Shown here piece by piece: positions 19,994 to 28,263 of a stretch of 32,000 nt of DNA. Both the position numbers and the translations under genes were made by a program. Positions within the stretch are counted from its first letter, which is position 1. Every line of letters starts with the position of its first letter. This stretch comes from Propionibacterium freudenreichii subsp. freudenreichii (GTDB taxonomy: Bacteria > Actinomycetota > Actinomycetes > Propionibacteriales > Propionibacteriaceae). The stretch lies in NCBI RefSeq assembly GCF_000940845.1, contig NZ_CP010341.1:1770001-1802000 (forward strand), written 5' to 3'. The notes under the pieces are model-generated. The model saw only the letters and a program-made list of their open reading frames with translations. It made no database searches and was not told the DNA's origin.

Positions 19994-20022
19994 TTGACAG
20001 CGCGCACCGCGGCCTGCACAGT
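19994..20022 (+). promoter_or_regulatory. candidate glpD promoter (TTGACA - 17 nt - CACAGT)
   Basis: A perfect -35 TTGACA lies at 19994-19999, and CACAGT at 20017-20022 fits the A2/T6 positions of the -10 pattern. It is about 100 nt upstream of the glpD ATG. Confidence 0.45.
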
Positions 20023-20032
20023 GGAGGAAGAC

Positions 20033-20077
20033 AAGCACAACTCAGACCTCTTGTCGAGGTCCTGACTTGTGCTTTTT
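20033..20077 (+). terminator. terminator-like hairpin with a T-run inside the glpD leader (candidate attenuator / GlpP target)
   Basis: AAGCACAA-C-TCAG-ACCTC (20033-20050), loop TTGTC, then GAGGT-C-CTGA-C-TTGTGCTT (20056-20074). That is 17 paired bases with one mismatch and one bulge. It runs into TTTTT (20073-20077). It is oriented for the + strand, where no upstream gene needs terminating. Confidence 0.5.
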
Positions 20078-20121
20078 CGCTTCCCAGGGCCCCGGCAGAG
20101 ACCTCAACCCCGGGGGGCACC

Positions 20122-21807
20122 ATGATCAGGGTCGCGAGCAGCGACGTGAAGGCGGCACTCAGGCAGCAGGCCGGCGCAGGGCCCCTGCGGCTGGAGCGCA
20201 GCGAGGCGTTGGCCCGGCTCGGGTCAGAACGCTTCGACATCCTCATCATCGGAGGGGGCATCACCGGCGCCTACGCGGCCTTCGACGCCGCCCTGCGCGG
20301 GCACAAGGTGGCGCTGGTCGAGAAGGGCGACTTCGCGTCGGGCACCTCGTCCAAGTCGTCGAAGATGATCCACGGCGGCCTGCGCTACCTGCAGCAGGCC
20401 AATGTGCGCCTTGTGGCCCATTCCCTGCTGGAACGCCAGCGTCTGCGCAACAACGCGAGCTTCCTGGTGCAGCGCCTTCCGTTCATCTTCCCGGTGATGA
20501 TGCGCCACGGGGTCTTCGACCGCCGGCTGTCCCTGGGGTTCTCCGCCGCCCTGAGCGCCTACGACGTGCTGGGCGGCTACCGCGAGGGCGTGCTGCACCG
20601 CAAGCTCAGCCGCGACGAGCTGTTGGTGCACGCGCCCACCCTGAAGCCCGAGCAGTTGATCAACGGCTTCCTGTTCTACGACGCACGCGCCGACGACGCC
20701 CGGCTGTCCCTGGCGGTCGCCCGCTCGGCTGCCGCCCTGGGCGCGGCGATCGCGAACTACACCCGCGCCACGCGCATCACCCGCGACACCGGACGGGTGA
20801 GCGGGGCGGTCGTCGAGGCGGACGGCCAGGAGATCGTCGTGCGCGCCTCGGTGGTGGTGATGGCCACCGGCTCGTGGCTGCGCGACTGGGACGGCACCGC
20901 ACCGGGCACCGACGCCCCCACGATCCGCCCGGCCAAGGGCGTCCATATCGCCCTGCCCTGGCTGAAGATCCGCAACACCTCGTCGCTGACCTTCCAGGTG
21001 CCCGGGCAGAAGACACCGGCCACCATCACCCGGTGGGGTGACTCGGTGCTGGTGGGCACCACCGACACCGAGTACACCGGCGACCTCGACCACGTCGGCT
21101 GCACCGCCGACGACGCCGACGTGCTGCTGCATGCGGTCACCTCATCGTTCGACACCGACGTGAGTGCCGCCGACATCCAGGGCTCGATCGCGGGCACCCG
21201 GCCGCTGGTGGCCAGGAGCAACGCCAAGAACACCGCCGAGATCCCCCGCAGCTCGGAGGTGCGCACCGATCCCGATGGGCTGGTGTCGATCCTGGGTGGC
21301 AAGCTCACGATCGGACGCCACATGGGCATGCAGGGCATCGACGCGGCCGAGAAGGTGCTGGGCGTGCAACGCCGCTGCCGCACCGCCGATACCCCGATTC
21401 TGGGGGCTGCCGGCTATGACGAGGCATCCTTCACCGCCAGCGGTGGGTGGGAGGACCACCTCGCCGAGCGCTACGGCACCGAGTCGCGCTTCGTGTCGCA
21501 GATCATGGCCGACGATCCGGCGATGCGCGAGCCGATCGTGGCCGGCCAGCCCTATCTGGCCGCCGAAGTCGTCTACGCCGCGCGCCACGAGATGGCCCAC
21601 ACCGTGGATGACGTGCTCGCCCGCCGCACCCGACTGCGCCTGTTCGCCCGCGACGCCTCGGATGGGGCGGCCCGGCGCGTCGCCGGGCTGATGGCCCCGG
21701 AACTGGGCTGGACCCCACAGCAGGTGGATCACCAGGTGGCGGCCTACCACGAGGCCATCCAGACCGAACGTCAACTGCTCACCACGAACACGGAGGCACA
21801 GGCATGA
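20122..21807 (+). CDS. glpD: aerobic glycerol-3-phosphate dehydrogenase
   Basis: 'FDILIIGGGITGAYAAFDAALRGHKVALVEKGDFASGTSSKSSKMIHGGLRYL' is the canonical GlpD N-terminus. ATG at 20122 is preceded by a G-run. Confidence 0.9.
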   Translation: MIRVASSDVKAALRQQAGAGPLRLERSEALARLGSERFDILIIGGGITGAYAAFDAALRGHKVALVEKGDFASGTSSKSSKMIHGGLRYLQQANVRLVAHSLLERQRLRNNASFLVQRLPFIFPVMMRHGVFDRRLSLGFSAALSAYDVLGGYREGVLHRKLSRDELLVHAPTLKPEQLINGFLFYDARADDARLSLAVARSAAALGAAIANYTRATRITRDTGRVSGAVVEADGQEIVVRASVVVMATGSWLRDWDGTAPGTDAPTIRPAKGVHIALPWLKIRNTSSLTFQVPGQKTPATITRWGDSVLVGTTDTEYTGDLDHVGCTADDADVLLHAVTSSFDTDVSAADIQGSIAGTRPLVARSNAKNTAEIPRSSEVRTDPDGLVSILGGKLTIGRHMGMQGIDAAEKVLGVQRRCRTADTPILGAAGYDEASFTASGGWEDHLAERYGTESRFVSQIMADDPAMREPIVAGQPYLAAEVVYAARHEMAHTVDDVLARRTRLRLFARDASDGAARRVAGLMAPELGWTPQQVDHQVAAYHEAIQTERQLLTTNTEAQA

Positions 21808-23336
21808 TCAGCAAGCAGTTCCAGGTCACCGGCTACAGCGAGGGCTACTACAAGGTGGGCGAATTCACCCCGCCGCGCTGGGTGGACGACGGACTGGCCA
21901 AGCCCATCACCGGCGCCACGCCACGCTACGGCGATGGGCGGGTGGTGGCCGTGCCCGAGGGGATCGTCGAGCAGCTGCGCGGGATCGGCGATGCCGTGTA
22001 CACCGGCACCGACGAGACGGCCGAACGCACCCGCGACTGGTGGCCGGGCACCATGCTGGCCCACACCGACGGCGACCCCGCCACGCCCGATGCCGTGATC
22101 GTGGAGGCCTCGGGCGTCAAGCAGGTGCAGGCAGTGCTGCGACTCGCGGCAGCCAACGGCATCCCGGTGACCGTCGCCGCCGGCCGCTCCAATGTCACCG
22201 GGTCGACGCTGCCGCTGGAGGGCGGCATCGTGCTCGACATCCACACGATGAACTCGATCCTCGGCTTCAACCCCACCGACCTGACCGCGGAGTGCGAGCC
22301 GGGGGTGTTCGGCGATGTGCTCGAGGAACGCCTCCAGACCGCATGGGGCGTCACCACCGGGCACTGGCCACAATCGTTGGGACTGTCCACCGTCGGGGGC
22401 TGGGTTGCCTGCCGCGGCGCGGGGCAGTTGTCTACGCGCTACGGCAAGGTCGAGGACATGGTCACCGAGCTGGACGTGGTGCTGCCCTCCGGTGAGCTGG
22501 TGACCCTGGGCGGACGCCAGCGCGCTGCGGTGGGCCCCGACCTGAAGCAGCTGTTCATCGGCTCGGAGGGAATGCTCGGCGTGATCACGCGCGTCGTCCT
22601 GCGCACCCACGCGCTGCCCGACTACGCCAGATATGCCGCCTACGAATATGACACCTTCGAGGCCGGGCTCGATGCCTGCCGGCGGATCATGCAGAGGGGC
22701 GTCACGCCCGCGGCACTGCGGCTGTGGGACAACATGGAGGGCGACTACTACTTCGGCAACGGTGGCAACACCCTGCTGCTGATCCTCGACGAGGGCGATC
22801 CGCGGCTGGTCGACGTCACGGTGGACATTGCCTCCGACGAGGCGGCAACGACCGGCACCGCCGTGGATGCGGAGCCGATCTTCCAGAAGTGGTTGGCGAC
22901 GCGCTTCGAGGTGCCGGCGCAGAACGCCTTCGAGGACGACGGCGCGTGGATGGCCGACACCCTGGAGATGACCGCCGGCTGGAGCCAGCTGCCGCGCATC
23001 TACCAGCGGGTGCAGAGCGAGGTCGGCGCACTGGAGGGCACCTTCGTGGTCTCGGCGCACCAGTCGCATGCCTATACCGACGCGGCCTGCGTCTACTTCA
23101 CGATCCAGGGCACCCTACCGATCAAGGACCGCGCCGCCTGGTACCGCGCGGTGTGGGACGTCGCCGACAAGGTGATCATCGAGGAACACGGCCAGCTGTC
23201 GCACCATCACGGTGTCGGCGTGGTGCGCACTCCCTATGTCGCCGAATCGCTGGGCGGGGGCATGGAGGTGTTGCGTGCGGTGAAGCAGGCGCTCGACCCG
23301 GGCAGGATGCTCAATCCGGGCAAGTACGGACTCTAG
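21804..23336 (+). CDS. FAD-linked oxidase (alkyl-DHAP synthase / GlcD-like FAD_binding_4 family)
   Basis: The ATG overlaps the glpD stop (ATGA). It has an FAD-binding PCMH-type region ('IPVTVAAGRSNVTGS') and the C-terminal oxidase motif 'SHHHGVGVVR'. From memory, the glpD/AGPS-like flavoprotein pairing also occurs in mycobacteria. Confidence 0.8.
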   Translation: MISKQFQVTGYSEGYYKVGEFTPPRWVDDGLAKPITGATPRYGDGRVVAVPEGIVEQLRGIGDAVYTGTDETAERTRDWWPGTMLAHTDGDPATPDAVIVEASGVKQVQAVLRLAAANGIPVTVAAGRSNVTGSTLPLEGGIVLDIHTMNSILGFNPTDLTAECEPGVFGDVLEERLQTAWGVTTGHWPQSLGLSTVGGWVACRGAGQLSTRYGKVEDMVTELDVVLPSGELVTLGGRQRAAVGPDLKQLFIGSEGMLGVITRVVLRTHALPDYARYAAYEYDTFEAGLDACRRIMQRGVTPAALRLWDNMEGDYYFGNGGNTLLLILDEGDPRLVDVTVDIASDEAATTGTAVDAEPIFQKWLATRFEVPAQNAFEDDGAWMADTLEMTAGWSQLPRIYQRVQSEVGALEGTFVVSAHQSHAYTDAACVYFTIQGTLPIKDRAAWYRAVWDVADKVIIEEHGQLSHHHGVGVVRTPYVAESLGGGMEVLRAVKQALDPGRMLNPGKYGL

Positions 23337-23424
23337 GAGCCGCCTGGCCCCGATCGTTCCCGAAGCCCCTGCGTTGGTAGCATCACGGCCAGGACGGGGA
23401 AATCCACGAGCGATCGGGGCGACC

Positions 23425-24084
23425 ATGAGCGACCGGGAAGCACCCCATGACGAGCGTTCGGCAACGTTGCCGAACGCGCTGATCCACCGGCTCATGGCAG
23501 TGCCCGCAGGCCGGTCCCTCATGACGCGACTCGCCCACTCACCGGTGATCCCCGCCGTGAGTGGCGTCGACGCGCTCGAGGGCTTCCTCGACTCCCCCAC
23601 GGAGAGTTGTCTGCTCGGCGGGTTGTCGGTGATCGCATTGCAGCGTGCCCTCACACAGTTGATCGCCGCTGACATCCATCCGTTGGTCAACCTCGATTCC
23701 CTGTCGGGCCTCAGCCGCGACCGGGCCGGCCTCGACTGGCTGCAGGCGATGGGGGTGACGGGACTCGTCACCACGCGTCTCTCCCTGCTGCAAAGTGCAC
23801 CCCACTACGGGTTCCTTGCGATCCAGACGCTCGTGCTGGGCGGCGCGAGCCTGGTCGACTCGGCGCTGTCGGCACTGGAATCGGCCCACGCCGGCCTGGC
23901 CCTGGTGGCCCCGGCCCCGGTGCTCGGACGCCTCGACCCGGCCGCCCTGCCGAAGCTCCAGCCATTCCTGGCGTCGGGATTCGTCAGGAACGTCGACGAT
24001 GTGGACGATGCCCTGGCCCACGGCGCGATCGGGGTCACCAGCTCGGCGCGCGGGCTGTGGGGCTACGAGCGAGAACGCAGCTGA
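23425..24084 (+). CDS. glpP: GlpP-like glycerol-3-phosphate-responsive antiterminator (G3P_antiterm family)
   Basis: 'SPVIPAVSGVDALEGFLDSP' near the N-terminus and 'LASGFVRNVDDVDDALAHGAIGVTSSARGLW' near the C-terminus resemble Bacillus GlpP. The start is uncertain: TTG 23374, ATG 23425, ATG 23494 or ATG 23521. Confidence 0.65.
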   Translation: MSDREAPHDERSATLPNALIHRLMAVPAGRSLMTRLAHSPVIPAVSGVDALEGFLDSPTESCLLGGLSVIALQRALTQLIAADIHPLVNLDSLSGLSRDRAGLDWLQAMGVTGLVTTRLSLLQSAPHYGFLAIQTLVLGGASLVDSALSALESAHAGLALVAPAPVLGRLDPAALPKLQPFLASGFVRNVDDVDDALAHGAIGVTSSARGLWGYERERS

Positions 24085-24329
24085 ACGCGACGCGCCTGAA
24101 TGCGGCGCGCCGCCGCGGGACCCACCAGCAACTGCAGCGGGTCGATATCGAGCTGCTCGGCCAGGGCCTCGATGCTGTCGAGGGTGAGATTGCGCTCGCC
24201 GCGCTCCAACCCGCCCAGGTATCGCGGCGTGACGCCCAGGAACTCCGCGAGGCTCTCCTGTGTGAGCCGCCGACGCTGACGCTCGGCACGAAGGTTCGCA
24301 CCGAACCGCTCTTTTAGGGAATCGCTCAT
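24063..24329 (-). CDS. XRE-family helix-turn-helix transcriptional regulator
   Basis: 'LRAERQRRRLTQESLAEFLGVTPRYLGGLERGERNLTLDSIEALAEQL' is a classic HTH_3 domain. ATG at 24329. The 3' end overlaps the glpP 3' end by 22 nt. Confidence 0.8.
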   Translation of the reverse strand: MSDSLKERFGANLRAERQRRRLTQESLAEFLGVTPRYLGGLERGERNLTLDSIEALAEQLDIDPLQLLVGPAAARRIQARRVQLRSRS

Positions 24330-24407
24330 GACTGCATGGTCTCACGCGAGGTACATCTGCCCCACTGTTGTGAACTACCCGCCAACTCTCGTTGGCAGGA
24401 CTGCCGC

Positions 24408-25280
24408 CTACTCGACCCGAATCATCCCCACACTCTCTGGATCAAACCCTTCAGGGAAGCGCGTCTCTGGGAGCGTCCGGCCCGACCTACTCCGCTTCCC
24501 CGAGTAGGTCACACCGGTCAAGTCAGCTCCCGTGAGTGTGGCATTTGACAGGTCAGACTCCTCCAATTTCGCCCCTGCGAGCTTCACGCCGCTCAAATTA
24601 ATATCACCGAGAAACTGTCCACGCAGATCAATGCAAGAAAAATCCAAGTATGGAAGTAGGCTCCGAGCCCCTCGATGACTCCACCCCGCCTTAACAGGAG
24701 TTGCCTGAAATCTCTTCACCACCAACTGAAGCCGCTCAGCTCGAACGTGCCGGACAAGTTCAGATCCGCCATCACCAGGCGAGACTCGAATAATGACATT
24801 GTCCCGATGCTGCCATGTCGTATCGATATCAAAGAATGCCAATCTGGTCAGCTCTCTAATTCGATCCCACTCAGGATAATCCACGATATCCCGCTGCCCT
24901 TGCTTTCCTTCCACTGTCTTCCAAGATGCCTCCCTGGCAAGAGACCAATCAATGATCAGCTGAGAGAGCTCAATCACCGCCACAGCTTGAGATCGCTCAT
25001 CGGAATTCGCAAGGAGAGCTACGGCAGCCATTTCTCGTTGAGCCAAGCTATCATGGTGCTGCCGAGCGGATCCCCTTTTCGTGTTCAGCCAAGCAGACAC
25101 AGCTCCGATAGCAGCCATAACCACCGCCATGAATGTAGCCCACCCCCATAGCTGAGAGAAGGTTGACATAATTGCCAAAACAACGATTATAGAGGCTACG
25201 ATCATAACCAGGGTCAATATTACCGGTAGAATTCCCTTTACGGCGTGCCACAACCGATTCAGCCTAGATATCCCGCTCAT
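24408..25280 (-). CDS. membrane-anchored pentapeptide-repeat protein (2 N-terminal TM helices, central domain of unknown function, C-terminal pentapeptide repeats)
   Basis: The TM segments are 'ILPVILTLVMIVASIIVVLAIM' and 'WATFMAVVMAAIGAVSAWL'. 'DFSCIDLRGQFLGDINLSGVKLAGAKLEESDLSNATLTGADLTGV' has the A(D/N)LXX periodicity. ATG at 25280 is preceded by GAGGAG (8-nt spacer); the track start is 25358. G+C is visibly lower than in the flanks. Confidence 0.7.
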   Translation of the reverse strand: MSGISRLNRLWHAVKGILPVILTLVMIVASIIVVLAIMSTFSQLWGWATFMAVVMAAIGAVSAWLNTKRGSARQHHDSLAQREMAAVALLANSDERSQAVAVIELSQLIIDWSLAREASWKTVEGKQGQRDIVDYPEWDRIRELTRLAFFDIDTTWQHRDNVIIRVSPGDGGSELVRHVRAERLQLVVKRFQATPVKAGWSHRGARSLLPYLDFSCIDLRGQFLGDINLSGVKLAGAKLEESDLSNATLTGADLTGVTYSGKRSRSGRTLPETRFPEGFDPESVGMIRVE

Positions 25281-25528
25281 GTCAACATCTCCTCGAGAAT
25301 AAAACATCGCGCAGCGATAAGAGGGCACCGCCCGAGAAGACCTGTCGCTTGCCTCCATACCAAGCCGTCTCCCTTCGAATTGTAGTCGCTTCCGAGTGCC
25401 CCTGATGCCATTGACTGCTGCTTCCTTCTGCTCAGTTAGCAGCTCGCACTAGTTCCAGGGGAAGGCCGATGCTTGTCGACCAACACTTGGCGGTCGAATT
25501 GAGCAAAGCCTGCGCGAAGCGCCCGGCC

Positions 25529-25740
25529 TCACGCTCCTTCCCCACCAGGGTGGTCACCGATCATTTCGACCAATCGGATCTTGCGGAGGTTCGTGGGGAC
25601 GTACTCACTGCGGAACATGCCTTTCTCCCCACCAGCCGGCACCTCACTGGCACGATAAACTGCTACCCGAGGCGCCCCAACTGGGTAACCCATCCATATC
25701 CCGTGGTTGCTGCAACTTGAGCCAGTTGCCGACCACTGCG
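25529..25740 (-). pseudogene. possible gene remnant (C-terminal fragment, family not recognised)
   Basis: The minus-strand frame reads '...NHGIWMGYPVGAPRVAVYRASEVPAGGEKGMFRSEYVPTNLRKIRLVE...' and looks protein-like, but its upstream part runs through the dsbA terminator hairpin. The only internal ATG (25693) gives 54 aa. G+C is intermediate. Confidence 0.2.
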
Positions 25741-25742
25741 AA

Positions 25743-25779
25743 GAAGAAGCCCCGAGAATGATCCTCTCGGGGCTTCTTC
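25743..25779 (-). terminator. 15-bp perfect-stem hairpin downstream of the DsbA-like gene
   Basis: GAAGAAGCCCCGAGA (25743-25757) pairs with TCTCGGGGCTTCTTC (25765-25779), with loop ATGATCC. It lies 74 nt past the dsbA-like stop (25853). Confidence 0.65.
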
Positions 25780-25852
25780 CTATGTCGGGACTGTTCTGTT
25801 TCCGGACCATCCCTGCGTCACGGCGTTGCCGCACGCCTTCGGTGACCGGACA

Positions 25853-26548
25853 TCATTCACCTGCCGGTGCTGCTTCGGTCGATTCCTTCCAGACCGTATT
25901 GAGCACCTGACTGAAGGCCTCCGCCGGCTGGGCCCCCGACACCGCATACTTGCCGTTGAACACGAAGAACGGCACCCCGGAGATGCCCAGCTGCTGGGCC
26001 TGCGCGATATCGGTCTCCACGTCGTCGGCATAGGTTCCCGCCTGCAACGCAGCCACGGCCGCATCCCGGTCGAGGCCGACGTCACCGGCCAGATCGGCGA
26101 GCACGTCCACGTCGCCCAGGTCCAGCCCCTCGGTGAAATAGGCCCGGAACAAGCGCTGCACCATGGCGTGCTGCTTTCCCGCGTCCTTGGCGAAGTGGGA
26201 CAGCTCGTGGGCCCGCCGCATGTTCGTGGCCAGGGCGTCGTCGAAGTGATAATCCAGGCCGATTCCGGCGCCCTGCTCGGTGATACGGGCGTTCATCGCC
26301 TCGGTCTGCTCACGGGGATATCCGCGCTCGTTCTCCAGCACATCGGAAAGGTCCCTCGTGACGCCCTCGGGAAGGTCGGGCATCAGCAGGAAGCTGTGAT
26401 AGCGAATGTCCACCTGATCGGCCTGCGGGAAATCCTCCAGCGCCTTGCCCAGCAGGCCATCACCCAGATAGCAGAACGGGCACATGACGTCGCTCCAGAC
26501 GTCCACGGCAATGCGGTCGTCGGCATGGTCAAACAATTGCGTGGTCAT
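25853..26548 (-). CDS. DsbA-family thiol:disulfide oxidoreductase (FrnE / HCCA-isomerase-like, no signal peptide)
   Basis: 'IAVDVWSDVMCPFCYLG' carries the CPFC active site. 'GISGVPFFVFNGKYAVSGAQ' is the conserved C-terminal motif. ATG at 26548. Confidence 0.85.
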   Translation of the reverse strand: MTTQLFDHADDRIAVDVWSDVMCPFCYLGDGLLGKALEDFPQADQVDIRYHSFLLMPDLPEGVTRDLSDVLENERGYPREQTEAMNARITEQGAGIGLDYHFDDALATNMRRAHELSHFAKDAGKQHAMVQRLFRAYFTEGLDLGDVDVLADLAGDVGLDRDAAVAALQAGTYADDVETDIAQAQQLGISGVPFFVFNGKYAVSGAQPAEAFSQVLNTVWKESTEAAPAGE

Positions 26549-26751
26549 CAGTGGCAGGTCCCGTCGATATCGCAGACGCCACCGGCGTCCTGGCTTGGAA
26601 GCATGGTGAAGGCCGCCAGCCCCGTGGGCGCCGCCAGTGTCGTGGGGAGCGCTCGGGTCGCATCGCCGTCGACTGCCGTATCCGGGACCTTCGGGTCCTC
26701 CGCTGCCCGGCTGCCCACGTCGGGCGTCGAACGCGTGGTTCTTGACTCCAT
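26548..26751 (-). CDS. hypothetical 67-aa acidic peptide ending '...QDAGGVCDIDGTCH', translationally coupled to the DsbA-like gene
   Basis: ATG at 26751. Its TGA shares one base with the dsbA ATG (cacTGATGacc). By hand count, 54 of 67 codons end in G/C. The composition (A/T/D/G/P) is ordinary, unlike the Arg-rich alternative frames. No SD sequence is visible. Confidence 0.4.
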   Translation of the reverse strand: MESRTTRSTPDVGSRAAEDPKVPDTAVDGDATRALPTTLAAPTGLAAFTMLPSQDAGGVCDIDGTCH

Positions 26752-26954
26752 GTGGTGAGCGTAGGAGCGGCTGACGGCACGAACAAGGAGCCGCGGCGCC
26801 CACTTGTTCCGCCCACAGCGTTGCCCACCGCGACGCGATCCACGCTCGCGGCACTGGCCATGGATCCGGTCCAGCCCCGGTGATGTGACGCTGTGAAATA
26901 GGGCGGCAACATGACGCATCGTGGTCCGACCCGATGCCCTCTGGGCCCAGCGGA

Positions 26955-28193
26955 TCAGCCGACGGTCTCGGCTCCGCGCAGGGTGGACACTGCCAGGCCT
27001 GCGGCCGCGGCGGCGAGCACGGCGACGAGTCCGACCAGGCCCACCCATCCCATGCCGACGAACACGATGCCCCCGAACCAGCCCATCACGCTGGAACCGG
27101 CGTAGTAGGCCACGTTGTACAGCGCGGGCGCCTGTGCCCCGCCGGCTGGCGCACGCACCCCGGCCCACCCCGAGGCGATGGCATGGGCCGCGAAGAACCC
27201 GGCGGTCAGCACCACCAGTCCCACGACGATCACCGGCAGCGCGGGAACCAGCGTGAGGCCGACTCCGAGGATGAAGACCGCGATCGCACCCAGCAGCACG
27301 CCCAGGCGGCCACGGCGTCCGGCCAGTCGCCCGGCCCGCTGGGACGACACCGTGCCGGCCAGATATGCCAGGAACAGCAGCGAGGTCACCGTGGTCGGCA
27401 GGCCGAAGGGTGCGGCGCGCAGCCTGAAGGCCAGGTAGTTGTAGACGGCCACGAAGCCGCCCATGAGCAGGAAGCCGACTGCATAGAGCGCAAGGAGTCC
27501 CGGCTCGAGCAGGGCGCGCAGCGCGGCCCGTCGGGTGCCGTGCCCCTTCCCTTCGGGCCTCCCGGGGGTGCGGACTGCAGGGACGATCACCATGAACACG
27601 GCGGTGGCCACGGCGGCGAACCCCAACACCGAGGCCATGCCGATCCGCCAGCCGAACCACTCCGCGATCGGGGCGGCCACCAGGCGTCCGGCAAGTCCAC
27701 CGATCGAGGTGCCCGAGACATAGACGGCCGCGGCCCGGGCGGTGAACGCCGGACTCACCTGATCACCCAGGTACGCGATGGCCAGCACCGGAACCCCACC
27801 CAGCGCGAATCCCTCGGCCACGCGCAGCACCAGCACCGCGCCGAAGCCCGGCATGAGCAACCCGAGTGCCCCGCACAGGGTGGCGGCGGCCATGGCCGAC
27901 TTCATCGCGGTCAGCCTGCCGATCCGGTCACCCAGCCAGGCCCAGGGCAGGGCGCCGGCGGCCAGTCCGATGGTTGCCGCCGAGATCAGCAGCGCGGAGT
28001 GGGCGGCGGTCACGTGCAGTCGCGCGCTGATCAGCGGCAGGATCCCCTGGGGCGAGTAGAGCTGGGCGAAGGTGGCCAGCCCGGCGCAGGTCAGTGCCAC
28101 CACCACACGTCGGTATTCGCGCGATCCCGGCGCGTAGCCGGCCTGCGCCGAATCGGCTGTTGCTGCCTGTCGTGTCCTGGTCCTCACGCTCAC
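26955..28193 (-). CDS. MFS transporter, YnfM-like
   Basis: 12-TMS pattern, with 'GLATFAQLYSPQGILPLIS' as a YnfM-type N-terminal motif. It is divergently paired with a LysR regulator. GTG start at 28193 (uncertain). Confidence 0.8.
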   Translation of the reverse strand: MSVRTRTRQAATADSAQAGYAPGSREYRRVVVALTCAGLATFAQLYSPQGILPLISARLHVTAAHSALLISAATIGLAAGALPWAWLGDRIGRLTAMKSAMAAATLCGALGLLMPGFGAVLVLRVAEGFALGGVPVLAIAYLGDQVSPAFTARAAAVYVSGTSIGGLAGRLVAAPIAEWFGWRIGMASVLGFAAVATAVFMVIVPAVRTPGRPEGKGHGTRRAALRALLEPGLLALYAVGFLLMGGFVAVYNYLAFRLRAAPFGLPTTVTSLLFLAYLAGTVSSQRAGRLAGRRGRLGVLLGAIAVFILGVGLTLVPALPVIVVGLVVLTAGFFAAHAIASGWAGVRAPAGGAQAPALYNVAYYAGSSVMGWFGGIVFVGMGWVGLVGLVAVLAAAAAGLAVSTLRGAETVG

Positions 28194-28263
28194 AGGACGA
28201 CGCTACGGCGCAGATCCACATAGCACCAATGCATAGCGTGGAGCCCTCCCATATCATTTCCGT

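Noticed and set aside
25469-25720. 83-aa + strand ORF in the intermediate-G+C stretch
   Set aside because: It has no SD sequence and no motifs, and it overlaps the more protein-like minus-strand frame. Neither frame is strongly supported, so only the minus-strand remnant is listed, at low confidence.
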